A stretch of 64,000 bases of DNA from sequence record NZ_CP069398.1. One strand, 5' to 3'. A program made the translations under genes and the position numbers. The notes under the pieces are model-generated. The model ran no database searches, was not told where the DNA came from, and saw only the letters and a program-made list of their open reading frames with translations. This document shows, in pieces, positions 27,146 to 36,582 of the stretch (position 1 is the stretch's first letter; each line of letters starts with the position of its first letter). The stretch is from a plasmid.

Positions 27146-27301
27146 CTAGTTTTTGTTTCCAGTGAACTTATTTTTAAAATAAAGGTAATCAACCTTGTGT
27201 TTAGTGGCCATCAACTGTGATGCAAGTATTGCTGTATAAACTGTTGTTAATAGTATTGAAAGAATTCCAATACCAACTAACGGGTTATTTTTATTACCCA
27301 A
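27146..27301 (-). CDS. small hydrophobic peptide (51 aa) with strong RBS (type I toxin or small membrane protein candidate)
   Basis: Minus-strand AAGGAGGGGG is followed 5 nt later by TTG. The product is MGNKNNPLVGIGILSILLTTVYTAILASQLMATKHKVDYLYFKNKFTGNKN, with a single TM helix. It lies in an otherwise empty 430-bp gap. Confidence 0.3.
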   Translation of the reverse strand: MGNKNNPLVGIGILSILLTTVYTAILASQLMATKHKVDYLYFKNKFTGNKN

Positions 27302-27409
27302 GTTTTCCCCCTCCTTGTTCATAATTCGTAGATAAGGATATTTTCTGTAAAGAGATCAATTTTATACTGGAAAAATGAAGTGATTTGAACCTAACAAAAT
27401 TAAATTTAA

Positions 27410-27445
27410 AAAGCAGAGCTGGTTAATTCCTCTGCTTTTTCTTTT
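27410..27445. terminator. rho-independent terminator-like hairpin (bidirectional)
   Basis: AAGCAGAG..CTCTGCTT stem followed by TTTTTCTTTT. Confidence 0.5.
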
Positions 27446-27495
27446 ATAAATAATCCTTTCTTTCACATTTAAAACCAAATTAATTGGAGGAATAT

Positions 27496-28530
27496 ATGAT
27501 GAAAAAAATTACGTCTCTTTCAAATGGCCAATTTAAAACGTTTATTTCCGATAAACGAGAACTCAAGAAGTTTATGAAACACCCACAAAATGAAAAGATC
27601 GAGGCAGGTTGGGCAAATATCAGTGGTGAACAGCTGCAAGACATTCCTTCTGGTGCTGTTTACTTAACACAATCAGCTATAGGGGAAGAAAAACCGCAGG
27701 TTTTGTTTGTTTCCACCGATGAAAGAGGGCAAAAACAAGCCTATGAAAGTGAAGCAACACTTGATTTTTTAAAGAGTCATGATGTGAACCCTGTTTTAGA
27801 GAAAGGTCGAGAAACGCAGCTCAAAACGAGCTATATTACGTTTTTACAGGCTCATGATAAAGAGAAACCTCAAGATATTGATAGCATGTTAGCCCGTGTG
27901 AATGCAGAAAACGATTATGTCATGTTGAAATCAAGTGCCTTAAAGGAAAAGCAGTTCACCTCTGACCAATTGAAAGGTATGGAGAATGAGCTTTCTCATC
28001 AGTTTCAAGCACGTAAACAGACACAAGAAAAGGACCGATATCAAGAAGATTACAAACAAGAAGTACTAGAAGTTATGCAGCAGCCTAGCGAAGAAACACA
28101 GTATAAGCAGCTATTTAAACAAAGCTTGTTAGCCCAATTAGGCATATCAGATGAAAAAGATTCTTCTAAAGGAGTGAAAAAGGAAGCTGAATCAGAAAAG
28201 ACTCCTGTCGAAAAGCAGCTCAAGCAAGAAACACCTCAAGAGAAAGAGCAGCGTTTGGCCAAAATGAAGGAGTTTGAACAAAAGCATTCCTTTGATAAGG
28301 TGTACAAATTGAAAAAAGAAGTGCTGCAGGAATTAAAAGAGCTCAATTTGACTGATTCTCAACGTGAGAAATTAACCAAGCTTGAAAAGGCTTTAGACAC
28401 GGAGAAAAAGGATCATGACAAGCAGAAAAAAGAAGAGAAATCACAGAATGGATTTACGAAGTTTTTTGCACGGAATAGTGGAGCAAATTCTTCGAGAAAA
28501 CAGAAAGAGACACAAGAAATGGAACGTTAA
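27496..28530 (+). CDS. hypothetical coiled-coil protein
   Basis: GGAGG precedes the ATG at 27496. The C-terminal half is Lys/Glu/Gln-rich. Confidence 0.45.
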   Translation: MMKKITSLSNGQFKTFISDKRELKKFMKHPQNEKIEAGWANISGEQLQDIPSGAVYLTQSAIGEEKPQVLFVSTDERGQKQAYESEATLDFLKSHDVNPVLEKGRETQLKTSYITFLQAHDKEKPQDIDSMLARVNAENDYVMLKSSALKEKQFTSDQLKGMENELSHQFQARKQTQEKDRYQEDYKQEVLEVMQQPSEETQYKQLFKQSLLAQLGISDEKDSSKGVKKEAESEKTPVEKQLKQETPQEKEQRLAKMKEFEQKHSFDKVYKLKKEVLQELKELNLTDSQREKLTKLEKALDTEKKDHDKQKKEEKSQNGFTKFFARNSGANSSRKQKETQEMER

Positions 28531-28644
28531 AAAAAGCAAAAGTTTAGACGGAATGGGAGGGCTGAAAAGCTCTCCTTTTTCATATCGTGGAGTGAAGGAG
28601 GGATTTAGGTGGGAGAACGAAAATACGTCAAGGAGGAGGAGGTT

Positions 28645-29598
28645 ATGAAAGCCAGAGATATTGATTTGTTGTCGTATCTGGAAGCCAAAGGCGAAATCTT
28701 TGTAAAAGAAGGAAAGTACTATCGTCATACGGAACATGATAGCTTACTCATCAAAGGAAATATGTACGCTTGGAACAGCCGGAATGAAACAGGATATGGA
28801 GCGATCAGTTTCGCTCGAATGTATTATGGAATGTCATTTCCACAAGCCGTATTAGATATTAATAAAGGTGATTATAAAGAGCTTTCTCAGTCACATGAAC
28901 AACCGTCGGTTTCACTATCAAAAGAGCCTTTTCGCTATCCAAAAGAGTTAGAAGTAAAGGATCAAAGCAAAATAAAGGACTATCTCATAAAAGAACGTAA
29001 AATAGATTCTCGGTTAGTTGACTGGCTCCTTCAAAAAGATTTAATCGCCCAGGACAAACGGAACAATGTGGTGTTTAAATGGCGTGAACATGGAGGTAAA
29101 GGAAAGGTAATTGGGGCAGATCGGCAAGGTACAGCTTCGATAAAAAATAAACGAGGTTCTTTTAAACAAGTCTTACCGAACGATAACCCACATACAGGCT
29201 TTTCAGTTGATGTTGGTCGTCCAAATAATATTTATTTCTTTGAAAGCCCCATTGATCTTCTTTCTTATTGGAGTATACAGGAAAATAAATTGCAGAATAC
29301 GCGCCTTATTAGTATGAATGGCTTAAAACCTAAAACTGTTGCCCAATCTTATATCGAAGCTCGAAGAGAAGGCTTAGGCATTAAAGAAATGGTGCTAGCT
29401 GTCGATAATGACCAAGGAGGAAAAGAATTTATTGACAAAATGAACCAAATCGTTAATGCTGATTTAATAAGAGCAGATATTCCAAAGGGAGCGAAAGACT
29501 GGAACGATCAATTAAAGAAGAATGGAAAAAGCATTCAACCTGTGGCATCACGTCTCCGAAATAAACAAACAGAACAGGAGCTTTCAATGAATGGATAA
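28645..29598 (+). CDS. DUF3991-Toprim conjugative primase-like protein
   Basis: The N-terminus, YYRHTEHDSLLIKGNMYAWNSR...ISFARMYYGMSF, resembles DUF3991. The C-terminal Toprim has FFESPIDLLS (the Glu) and AVDNDQGG (DxD). AGGAGGAGGAGG is the RBS. Confidence 0.65.
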   Translation: MKARDIDLLSYLEAKGEIFVKEGKYYRHTEHDSLLIKGNMYAWNSRNETGYGAISFARMYYGMSFPQAVLDINKGDYKELSQSHEQPSVSLSKEPFRYPKELEVKDQSKIKDYLIKERKIDSRLVDWLLQKDLIAQDKRNNVVFKWREHGGKGKVIGADRQGTASIKNKRGSFKQVLPNDNPHTGFSVDVGRPNNIYFFESPIDLLSYWSIQENKLQNTRLISMNGLKPKTVAQSYIEARREGLGIKEMVLAVDNDQGGKEFIDKMNQIVNADLIRADIPKGAKDWNDQLKKNGKSIQPVASRLRNKQTEQELSMNG

Positions 29599-30256
29599 AG
29601 TGTTTCAAAGTGTATTTTATCTTTTTCTTATCATCATTCTATTTAAGCTTTCTCAATTTGCTTACCGTGTCATTCGTGAACGGAAGTATATGAAAGAGCT
29701 AGCCCAATCAGGTATGCCCTATATTGATAAAATGGATGGTTATCAGTTCGAAATTTATCTAAAAGCACTTTTTCAGCAATTAGGTTACAAAACTCAAGTG
29801 ACGCAAAAGTCTGGTGATTTTGGGGCTGACTTGGTGATGGAAGGCAAGGATAAGATTGTGATTCAGGCCAAACGATATGGAGTTAAAAACCGGGTGAGTC
29901 TTTCTGCTGTACAAGAAGTTTATGGAGCAAAAGCGTATTATAAAGCGAATCAAGCTTGGGTCGTGACCAATAGTTATTTTACGAAACAGGCTAAAGAGTT
30001 AGCAGCTGCATGTGATGTAACGTTAGTGGATCGTGCGGATCTTCAAAAGTTTATTAATGAAGTCAAACCTGTCTTTAAGGCACGGGAAATCTTTGAAAAT
30101 ATCACACCAGAACCTCGTAAGTGTCCGAAATGTGGGCAAGATCTAGTCGTACGAGATGGGAATGGCACTCGCTTTTTTGGTTGTTCCTCTTTCCCTTCTT
30201 GTCGTCATACAGAGAAAATTAATAAGGAAGTAAGTAAAAGCAGACCTTCAGTATAG
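29591..30256 (+). CDS. membrane-anchored Mrr-cat restriction endonuclease-like protein with C-terminal C4 zinc ribbon
   Basis: An N-terminal TM helix, then GDFGADLV...IQAKRY (the Mrr_cat/PD-(D/E)xK core), then CPKCG...GCSSFPSCRH (a topoisomerase-type zinc ribbon). Confidence 0.6.
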   Translation: MDKVFQSVFYLFLIIILFKLSQFAYRVIRERKYMKELAQSGMPYIDKMDGYQFEIYLKALFQQLGYKTQVTQKSGDFGADLVMEGKDKIVIQAKRYGVKNRVSLSAVQEVYGAKAYYKANQAWVVTNSYFTKQAKELAAACDVTLVDRADLQKFINEVKPVFKAREIFENITPEPRKCPKCGQDLVVRDGNGTRFFGCSSFPSCRHTEKINKEVSKSRPSV

Positions 30257-30272
30257 TAAGGTCTGTTTTTTC
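30241..30272 (+). terminator. rho-independent terminator
   Basis: CAGACCTT..AAGGTCTG stem followed by TTTTTTC, overlapping the stop codon. Confidence 0.65.
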
Positions 30273-30606
30273 TTGCTCTAAAAAGGAGCCGATGTTATAA
30301 GTTCATATACTGGTCTTAATTGATCGGTGAAGGGATATTTTTTATGTATAACTCATTAGATTCATCACATAATATCAGTGTAATGGTATTGTTCTCTCTG
30401 CAAAGGGATTCAATCACACTTACCCTACTTAAATCTTCCTTCTAACTAACTGATTGAGTGGGGTTCTTTTTTAGGTGTATTTTTAAGACACTGATACTTG
30501 CATCAAATGTACTTACGCAAAACAAACGTTAATTGCGATAGAGAATGTTTCTTTACATGTCAAAATCATCAATGAAATAGGCTTTTGTTCATAAATTATT
30601 GTTACG

Positions 30607-30650
30607 AAAAACACCTTCAAATAAAGAAGGTGTTTTTTCTGTTTTATATA
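30607..30650. terminator. terminator-like hairpin upstream of the ldt gene
   Basis: AAACACCTTC-AAATAAA-GAAGGTGTTT followed by TTTCTGTTTT. Confidence 0.4.
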
Positions 30651-30678
30651 CAAATGATAAAAAGAGGAGTGTTTGAGA

Positions 30679-31238
30679 TGAAGAATCTATTCATTAAATT
30701 AGTCACTGTTTTTATATTATTGATGGCTACACTATATGGAATGCCGGTAGGGGAAACGGAAGCTGCCAATAAAGCATCTAATCAAGACTTCATTATTATT
30801 AACAAAAAATATAACAAGCTTGCATATTTTCATAACGGTTATATTGAAATCGTTGATCCAGTAGCAACGGGTAAAACATGGGAGAAAACACCTGTTGGAT
30901 TTTTTAAAGTGGTGAACAAGATTAAAAATCGCCCTTATTATACAGGACATATTCCCGGGGGAGATCCTCGTAATCCATTAGGAAAGCGTTGGTTAGGATT
31001 AAATGCAGGCGGTACGAATGGTGATACATACGGCATTCACGGAAATAATAATGAAAGCAGCATTGGAAAATACGTGAGTCACGGATGTGTCAGAATGCAT
31101 AATACAGATGTGGAGAAGCTTTATGAGAAAGTTGAAGTTGACACACCGGTTGTGATTACGTATTCCTATAAGAGCTTTATTGATCTCACTAAGATTTATG
31201 GATATACGTTTAAAGGCTACAAGTTAAAAAATAACTAA
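30679..31238 (+). CDS. secreted L,D-transpeptidase (YkuD domain)
   Basis: A signal peptide and the catalytic SHGCVRM motif. The ATG follows AAAGAGGAG. Confidence 0.75.
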
Positions 31239-31341
31239 TGATTAGGCAGCATTCCGTTATTACGGGATGCTGTTTTTTCTTTGTCTTCTTTCCATATAGC
31301 CCTTATCATAGAAATAGATGAAAAATATGGTGGAGGGGGAT

Positions 31342-31566
31342 ATGGTTATGCGAGCAAAAATAGAAAAGGCTAAACATGTGGTAATGTTTAGAGCTACAGG
31401 AGAGTTTTATGCGCATGAGGTCAATCAAGATAAAATAAGAATGGGTTTCTTTGTCTGTCCTTCATGTGAAGTCACAGTACATTATAAACACGATCATTTC
31501 TTTTCCCGTGAACATACACGAAATTGTATCTATGTGAAAGAACAATTTAAGAAAAAAGCCTACTAG
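31342..31566 (+). CDS. hypothetical small protein
   Basis: The ATG at 31342 follows GGAGGGGG. A CPSC motif is present. Confidence 0.35.
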   Translation: MVMRAKIEKAKHVVMFRATGEFYAHEVNQDKIRMGFFVCPSCEVTVHYKHDHFFSREHTRNCIYVKEQFKKKAY

Positions 31567-31622
31567 GTAAATGAAGATTCAATGGTTTTATATGGAACTA
31601 CGGAGAAAAGGGGGAAAACGAT

Positions 31623-31934
31623 ATGAAAAATCATGTTTATCAAAATGGACGCTTAATTCAAACGAATAAAAAGTTTTCAGCATTGAGGCAAAAGCAGAAA
31701 GAATGGATAACAAACGAATTAAGACAACGCTATATTCGTGCGATTAACTACCCTCACGTCAAATTACACCCTAGGAAACGAGATCAAATTTTAGACGAAG
31801 TTTATGATCTTATTGAGGGAAAAGAAATTTGGATACCTTATGGTGAAGTGAAGAGACACTATTTTAGCAAAATCCCTTCGTTTATTCGTAAGAATAAGAA
31901 AATGATGCAAGAAGAAATAAAAGGTGAATCATAA
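31623..31934 (+). CDS. hypothetical protein
   Basis: A 103-aa basic ORF preceded by AAAGGGGGAAAACG. Confidence 0.4.
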   Translation: MKNHVYQNGRLIQTNKKFSALRQKQKEWITNELRQRYIRAINYPHVKLHPRKRDQILDEVYDLIEGKEIWIPYGEVKRHYFSKIPSFIRKNKKMMQEEIKGES

Positions 31935-32131
31935 GATGGCTAGAGTAGTTATAGAATGGGACTATTTTAAACATTCGACAGCGTTGAGACTACATAAACA
32001 GGCTAAGCTTGTTTTAGTACCATTTATATGATGTAGGAAGGAGCACTTAAGGTTCCTTTGTTGGATTGATAAATCTATTCATAGAAAATCAAATGAAGTA
32101 GAATATTGCAGCAGGAAGGGGAGAATATAAA

Positions 32132-32413
32132 ATGAAATCAACAGGTATTGTACGAAAAGTAGATGAATTAGGTAGAGTTGTTATTCCAGTTGAGCTAAGA
32201 AAGGTTCTTGCTATTAAAGAAAAAGACCCTATCGAGATCTTTGTTGATGGGAATCAAATTATTTTAAAGAAATACATGTCTTATAACGAATGTATAGTAA
32301 CAGGTGACATCACTCCTCAAAATAAGGAATATGCAAAAGGTTTAGTGCTAAGTCCAAGAGGGGCAGAAATTTTAAAGAATGAAATAGAGTTTAAGTTCAA
32401 TATAAAAGCTTAA
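32132..32413 (+). CDS. AbrB/Abh-family transition-state regulator
   Basis: MKSTGIVRKVDELGRVVIPVELRKVL matches the AbrB N-terminal swapped-hairpin DNA-binding domain almost exactly. The C-terminus, QNKEYAKGLVLSPRGAEIL, is more Abh-like than AbrB-like. Confidence 0.85.
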   Translation: MKSTGIVRKVDELGRVVIPVELRKVLAIKEKDPIEIFVDGNQIILKKYMSYNECIVTGDITPQNKEYAKGLVLSPRGAEILKNEIEFKFNIKA

Positions 32414-32517
32414 TTTATTCATGATTTTATAGAGTTGAGGTGATTTTTCAAAGGCTTGAAGCCTTGATAAATCTATAATGTGTAAAATTATGTATAAACG
32501 ATAAATTTTGATGTTAC

Positions 32518-32556
32518 GCCATCCCTTGTCTCCTGAGGGGTGGCGTTTTGTTTTTA
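32518..32556. terminator. rho-independent terminator
   Basis: CGCCATCCC..GGGGTGGCG stem followed by TTTTGTTTTT. Confidence 0.55.
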
Positions 32557-33033
32557 TTTCTTTCCTGCTAAGAGCTTATTTTCCAGCTTATATATCCATT
32601 TATAATATCCTAATACAATAAGTAAAAGTAAAGGATCCATAATGGCTGAATGCCATAGATTCCACCAACCGTATTTAAAGTATCCCCACGGTTCAGGTAA
32701 TAATGTGATGGCTTCATAAAGTAAAATAGCTATCATCCAATAGAAAATATACATAATACGTTTATGAAAGGCTTCTCCAGAAGGATACCAATTTAGAAAC
32801 ATCATATTCACTGGTGGAATCAATACTGTTAATGTAAGAATTTCACGCCACCCATCAATATCTTTAGAAAAGTACCAATAGCCATGATATTTTGTATCAA
32901 TATATAAATCGCCGAGTTGTTGCAAAGCAATTGTAAATGCCCAAATATGTACGGTTTGATTTGCCGTCAATCTTTTATTTGTTTTAAACGCAATAAAGTT
33001 AAACAGAATAATAGCAATAATAAGTCCTATCAT
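32554..33033 (-). CDS. integral membrane protein, hypothetical
   Basis: Four to five TM helices. Rich in Trp and Tyr. Confidence 0.5.
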   Translation of the reverse strand: MIGLIIAIILFNFIAFKTNKRLTANQTVHIWAFTIALQQLGDLYIDTKYHGYWYFSKDIDGWREILTLTVLIPPVNMMFLNWYPSGEAFHKRIMYIFYWMIAILLYEAITLLPEPWGYFKYGWWNLWHSAIMDPLLLLIVLGYYKWIYKLENKLLAGKK

Positions 33034-33749
33034 AAGGTCAATTTTCCTTTTTAACCAAATATACCATATACTGTTAATTAAAGAAAACTGCTAGTTACTT
33101 TATTTCGAATTTATCTTTATCCTGTTCACTCCAAGATCACACTTATCGACAAAAAGACAGTCTAAAAAAGTACACCTTTTTAGACTACAGGAAAATCAAT
33201 AATAATAAGTCTATTTATGTCACTTTAGGAGTTATTTTGCATCTATTTCAAGCGTTATTTTGCACTATAAGTAAATATAAAAAAGAAACCTGTACATATT
33301 TCTCAAACTCAATATTTGTTACAAAACTCGTCCTTTTCTGAACACACCTAGATCCGAGTTAAAAAGGATGTTTTTTCTTGCTATAGACGTTACAAAACTC
33401 TGTTCATTATTCTACGTCCAATAACCTAATAAAATCTATCTTAGGTTACAATGAAATCAAAGGAAAACCGAAATCAATCACCTGACATCCGTTACAACAG
33501 AAGTCGTAGCAGTTGCACGAAACAGCTTAATGATTGGACGTAAATAATGAAGAAACCCAGCTAATCTTTTCATGTGAAGGTAGCCGGGTATTAAAGTTAA
33601 ATGTGCAAAATAACACTTAAAATAAGCGCAATTTATCGGTCAAAGTGACAATCATGCTGAACATTAACGTTGCTCCACAGGGGAATAAAGAGAATATCAA
33701 GAAACGTTTACGTTTTATCAAATACTATATATTTTTAAATAACACAAAA

Positions 33750-33778
33750 AGAGAGGAGTTGTTCCTCTCTTTTCTTTA
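33750..33778. terminator. bidirectional terminator hairpin
   Basis: GAGAGGA-GTTGT-TCCTCTC, flanked by A-runs and T-runs. Confidence 0.55.
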
Positions 33779-33796
33779 CATTCTTATTTATCCAGG

Positions 33797-35458
33797 TTAG
33801 TTATCTAGTTGTTTTCTATTTGATTTAAAGATTAATTTTTTTAATATAGCAGGTTCGTTACCAAATATTAGCTGAACCAAACCTGTTTTCATTGATAATA
33901 ATAAGTATGTGTAAGCACCTATTACACCGCAAATTAAGACAATAAGTACTGATTTAATTCGCAAATCAATATTAAAGAAATTTAAAAAATAGCTTAACAT
34001 TGCTGCAATAGCTCCCATTATTATTACTAATATAAACATGAATATAATTCTTTTTATCGCCACATTATAATTATAGTTCAAATATTTTTTTATCACCCAA
34101 AGGTTATATAATACCGATATTGTATAACCGATGTAAGTAGCGAAGACTGGTCCTAGTTCATGAAATGGATTAACAAGTAAAAAGTTGAAAATTATTTTAA
34201 AAACAATGCCAATACCAAGCCCTACTATAACCAATTTTTGTTTATCTATTCCTTGAAGCATAGCTGCTGTTACAGAGAACATAGCAAATAATAATGCAAC
34301 TGGAGAATACCACTTTAAAATTACACTTCCAATTTCATAAGCATTATGTATCCCGAAAAATGTAATATAGGCTGATTTTGAAAGAACTGAAAGACCTACT
34401 ACAGCAGGCAAAGTTACAAAAAATAGCATTTGGAAAGTTTGAGTTACCTGCTTTTTTAATGGTTCAATCTCCCTGGCGGTATACAATCTAGTGATACTTG
34501 GAATTAAAGATAAGCTTAGTGCTGTTGCCAATGAAACTGGAATTAGTACTAGAGTCTGTGTAAGTCCTAAAACTGAGTTTATAGTTTCTGCCTTTTTAAG
34601 AGTATACCCTATAGACATGTAAAGTTTGTTAACCATAAAAGTATCTATTAACTGATAAAATGGTATAGCTAAACCCACTAATACAAAAGGTATAGCATAA
34701 GCAATTAACTCTTTATACATGCTACCTAGAGGTATATTTTTTCTAACAGTTGATTCATTATATAAATTGTTAATATGACTACGTTGTTTTTTCCAGTAGT
34801 AATAAATCACCACTAAACCCGCTAACGCCCCAGAAAAAGCACCAAAAGTAGCTACACCAGCTGCTACTGATACACTTTTATCTAATAACTTAACTACGAC
34901 GAATCCTCCTAAAAGAATCCATATAATTCTTATGATCTGCTCAATAACTTGTGATACACCTGTTGGTTCCATAGAATTATACCCTTGAAAGAAACCTCTT
35001 GAAATACTTAATATAGGAACAATAATTAAAGCAAAGCTTACTGTTCTCATTACCATAATAACATCACTAATTGAGTTACCGGAGTGATCATCTTTACCAA
35101 TTAAAAAAGAGGCTAATATAGGCGACAAATTATATAAAATTAAAAATGCTAAAAATCCCGTTATAGACATAATAATCATACTGGTTTTCATTAACCTTCT
35201 GCCTGTATGATAATCACCCAATTGATTATATTTAGATACAAATTTTGACACCGCTAAGGGTAAACCAGCAGTTGCTATACTGAGCATAATAGTATAAGGC
35301 CTATATGCATACATATAGAGTGCGAACCCTTGTGTACCTACCAGTGAAGTGAAGGGAATAACATAAATAAATCCTAAAAATTTTGAAATGAATGTTGCCA
35401 TTGTTAAAATTAAAGTGTTCCTCATAAGGCTTGAAGATTTTGATTCCATATATTCCAA
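33797..35458 (-). CDS. MOP-superfamily polysaccharide/oligosaccharide flippase (SpoVB/YtgP-like)
   Basis: A 553-aa protein with about 14 TM helices. The N-terminus LILTMATFISKFLGFIYVIPFTSLVG is typical of the polysaccharide biosynthesis protein family. Confidence 0.65.
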   Translation of the reverse strand: MEYMESKSSSLMRNTLILTMATFISKFLGFIYVIPFTSLVGTQGFALYMYAYRPYTIMLSIATAGLPLAVSKFVSKYNQLGDYHTGRRLMKTSMIIMSITGFLAFLILYNLSPILASFLIGKDDHSGNSISDVIMVMRTVSFALIIVPILSISRGFFQGYNSMEPTGVSQVIEQIIRIIWILLGGFVVVKLLDKSVSVAAGVATFGAFSGALAGLVVIYYYWKKQRSHINNLYNESTVRKNIPLGSMYKELIAYAIPFVLVGLAIPFYQLIDTFMVNKLYMSIGYTLKKAETINSVLGLTQTLVLIPVSLATALSLSLIPSITRLYTAREIEPLKKQVTQTFQMLFFVTLPAVVGLSVLSKSAYITFFGIHNAYEIGSVILKWYSPVALLFAMFSVTAAMLQGIDKQKLVIVGLGIGIVFKIIFNFLLVNPFHELGPVFATYIGYTISVLYNLWVIKKYLNYNYNVAIKRIIFMFILVIIMGAIAAMLSYFLNFFNIDLRIKSVLIVLICGVIGAYTYLLLSMKTGLVQLIFGNEPAILKKLIFKSNRKQLDN

Positions 35459-35633
35459 TCCTAACTTAATAAATTATTGATCATTTCATTAACCTTCTAA
35501 AAAAGTTAAATATTTCAACAAGTTATATTGTACAGATAATTCTTATATTTTTCATCTAAATTTGTAATATCATTATAAAAGACTATTACTATAGAGATAT
35601 CTTAGAATCTTTATAGCAACAGTCTTTTTTTCA

Positions 35634-36168
35634 TTAACTTATCTTAGTATTTTTCACGCTTAAATCTCTAATTAAATCTTGAATTTCGTTATTATCATAA
35701 ATTTTCTTTATCATTCCCTCTTTATCTAACAAGAACAAAGTAGGTACTTCTTTTATTTGATAATTAACCGAGAGGTCGTTCGATCGAATTAAATACATAT
35801 TCTTGTGAGTGACTAAGTTTGATAAATTTTCAAGTTCAGGATTTTCATCAGCTATAACAATTACTCTAATTGAAGGTGGAATCTTATTTTTAATTAATAT
35901 AAAGGTTTCTTTACACATATTACATATATCATCCGCAAAGAATAACAAAGTAAATGAATTATTAAAGTCACTTAATTTAACTAAATTCCCTTCATTATCG
36001 GTTTCTTTAAAAAGTGGAGCTTTCTTTCCAGCTGCCAACAAATTAGAATTTGTTTTTTCGATACGTAGATTTTTAAGGAAATGAGTAATAGATTTTGTGA
36101 GTAGAAATATAAATAAAGTTTGGATTATCACAACAACCCAAAGAATTATATTAGAGTATACTAAAGTA
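35634..36168 (-). pseudogene. TlpA/redoxin-like thiol-disulfide oxidoreductase, severed from its start codon and first 4 codons by the Tn3-family insertion
   Basis: The body encodes a signal anchor, then ...FADDICNMCKE (a CxxC variant) and a thioredoxin fold. The original ATG GGA CAT ACT lies at 49301-49312. Joining the minus strand across the TSD gives MGHTLVYSNIILWVV... in frame, with AAAAGGTG as RBS. At present the frame reads into the IR (MTLFYKYLGRTPT-), so residual expression is possible. Confidence 0.6.
36164..36168. repeat. target-site duplication AAGTA (left copy)
   Basis: Identical 5-mers directly abut the outer ends of both terminal IRs, as is typical for Tn3 family. Confidence 0.8.
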
Positions 36169-36210
36169 GGGGTACGACCGAGGTACTTGTAAAAAAGGGT
36201 CATAGCATGG
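36169..36210 (+). repeat. Tn3-family terminal inverted repeat (left)
   Basis: GGGGTACGACCGAGGTACTTGTAAAAAAGGGTCATAGCATGG. Confidence 0.85.
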
Positions 36211-36582
36211 ATTTTTTTTACATTTACAACCCTTTTTACTCTGTAGGGTAGGGTGGGGTCAGAAAAGTGCGGTTGTTGGTAGGATCCTAATAGGGGTAGT
36301 GTCATTGTCGCTACTCCTATTAAGGAATACTTAAACTAAATCACAAATTAATAAGAAGAAACACATCTTAAAAAATGAGCATTGAACCTTTGCATAATAA
36401 GCAAAAGTCCTTTAAAATTTGTTAGCCGGGTAGAAAATGCTATAATGCTCTTATAAAAAAGAATGGATGCAAAATAGTTTAGGTAAGTTCTAAAACGATT
36501 TCTTTTATTCTTCGACAAACAGGCCAGATTCGTAATTTCTCAAGAGAATAATACAAGTCGCTGTAGGGGTTTTTGTGTTTTT

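Noticed and set aside
30585-30678. Upstream extension of the L,D-transpeptidase ORF (MFINYCYEKHLQ...)
   Set aside because: The extension runs through a terminator-like hairpin and has no RBS. The ATG at 30679 has AAAGAGGAG and begins a canonical signal peptide.
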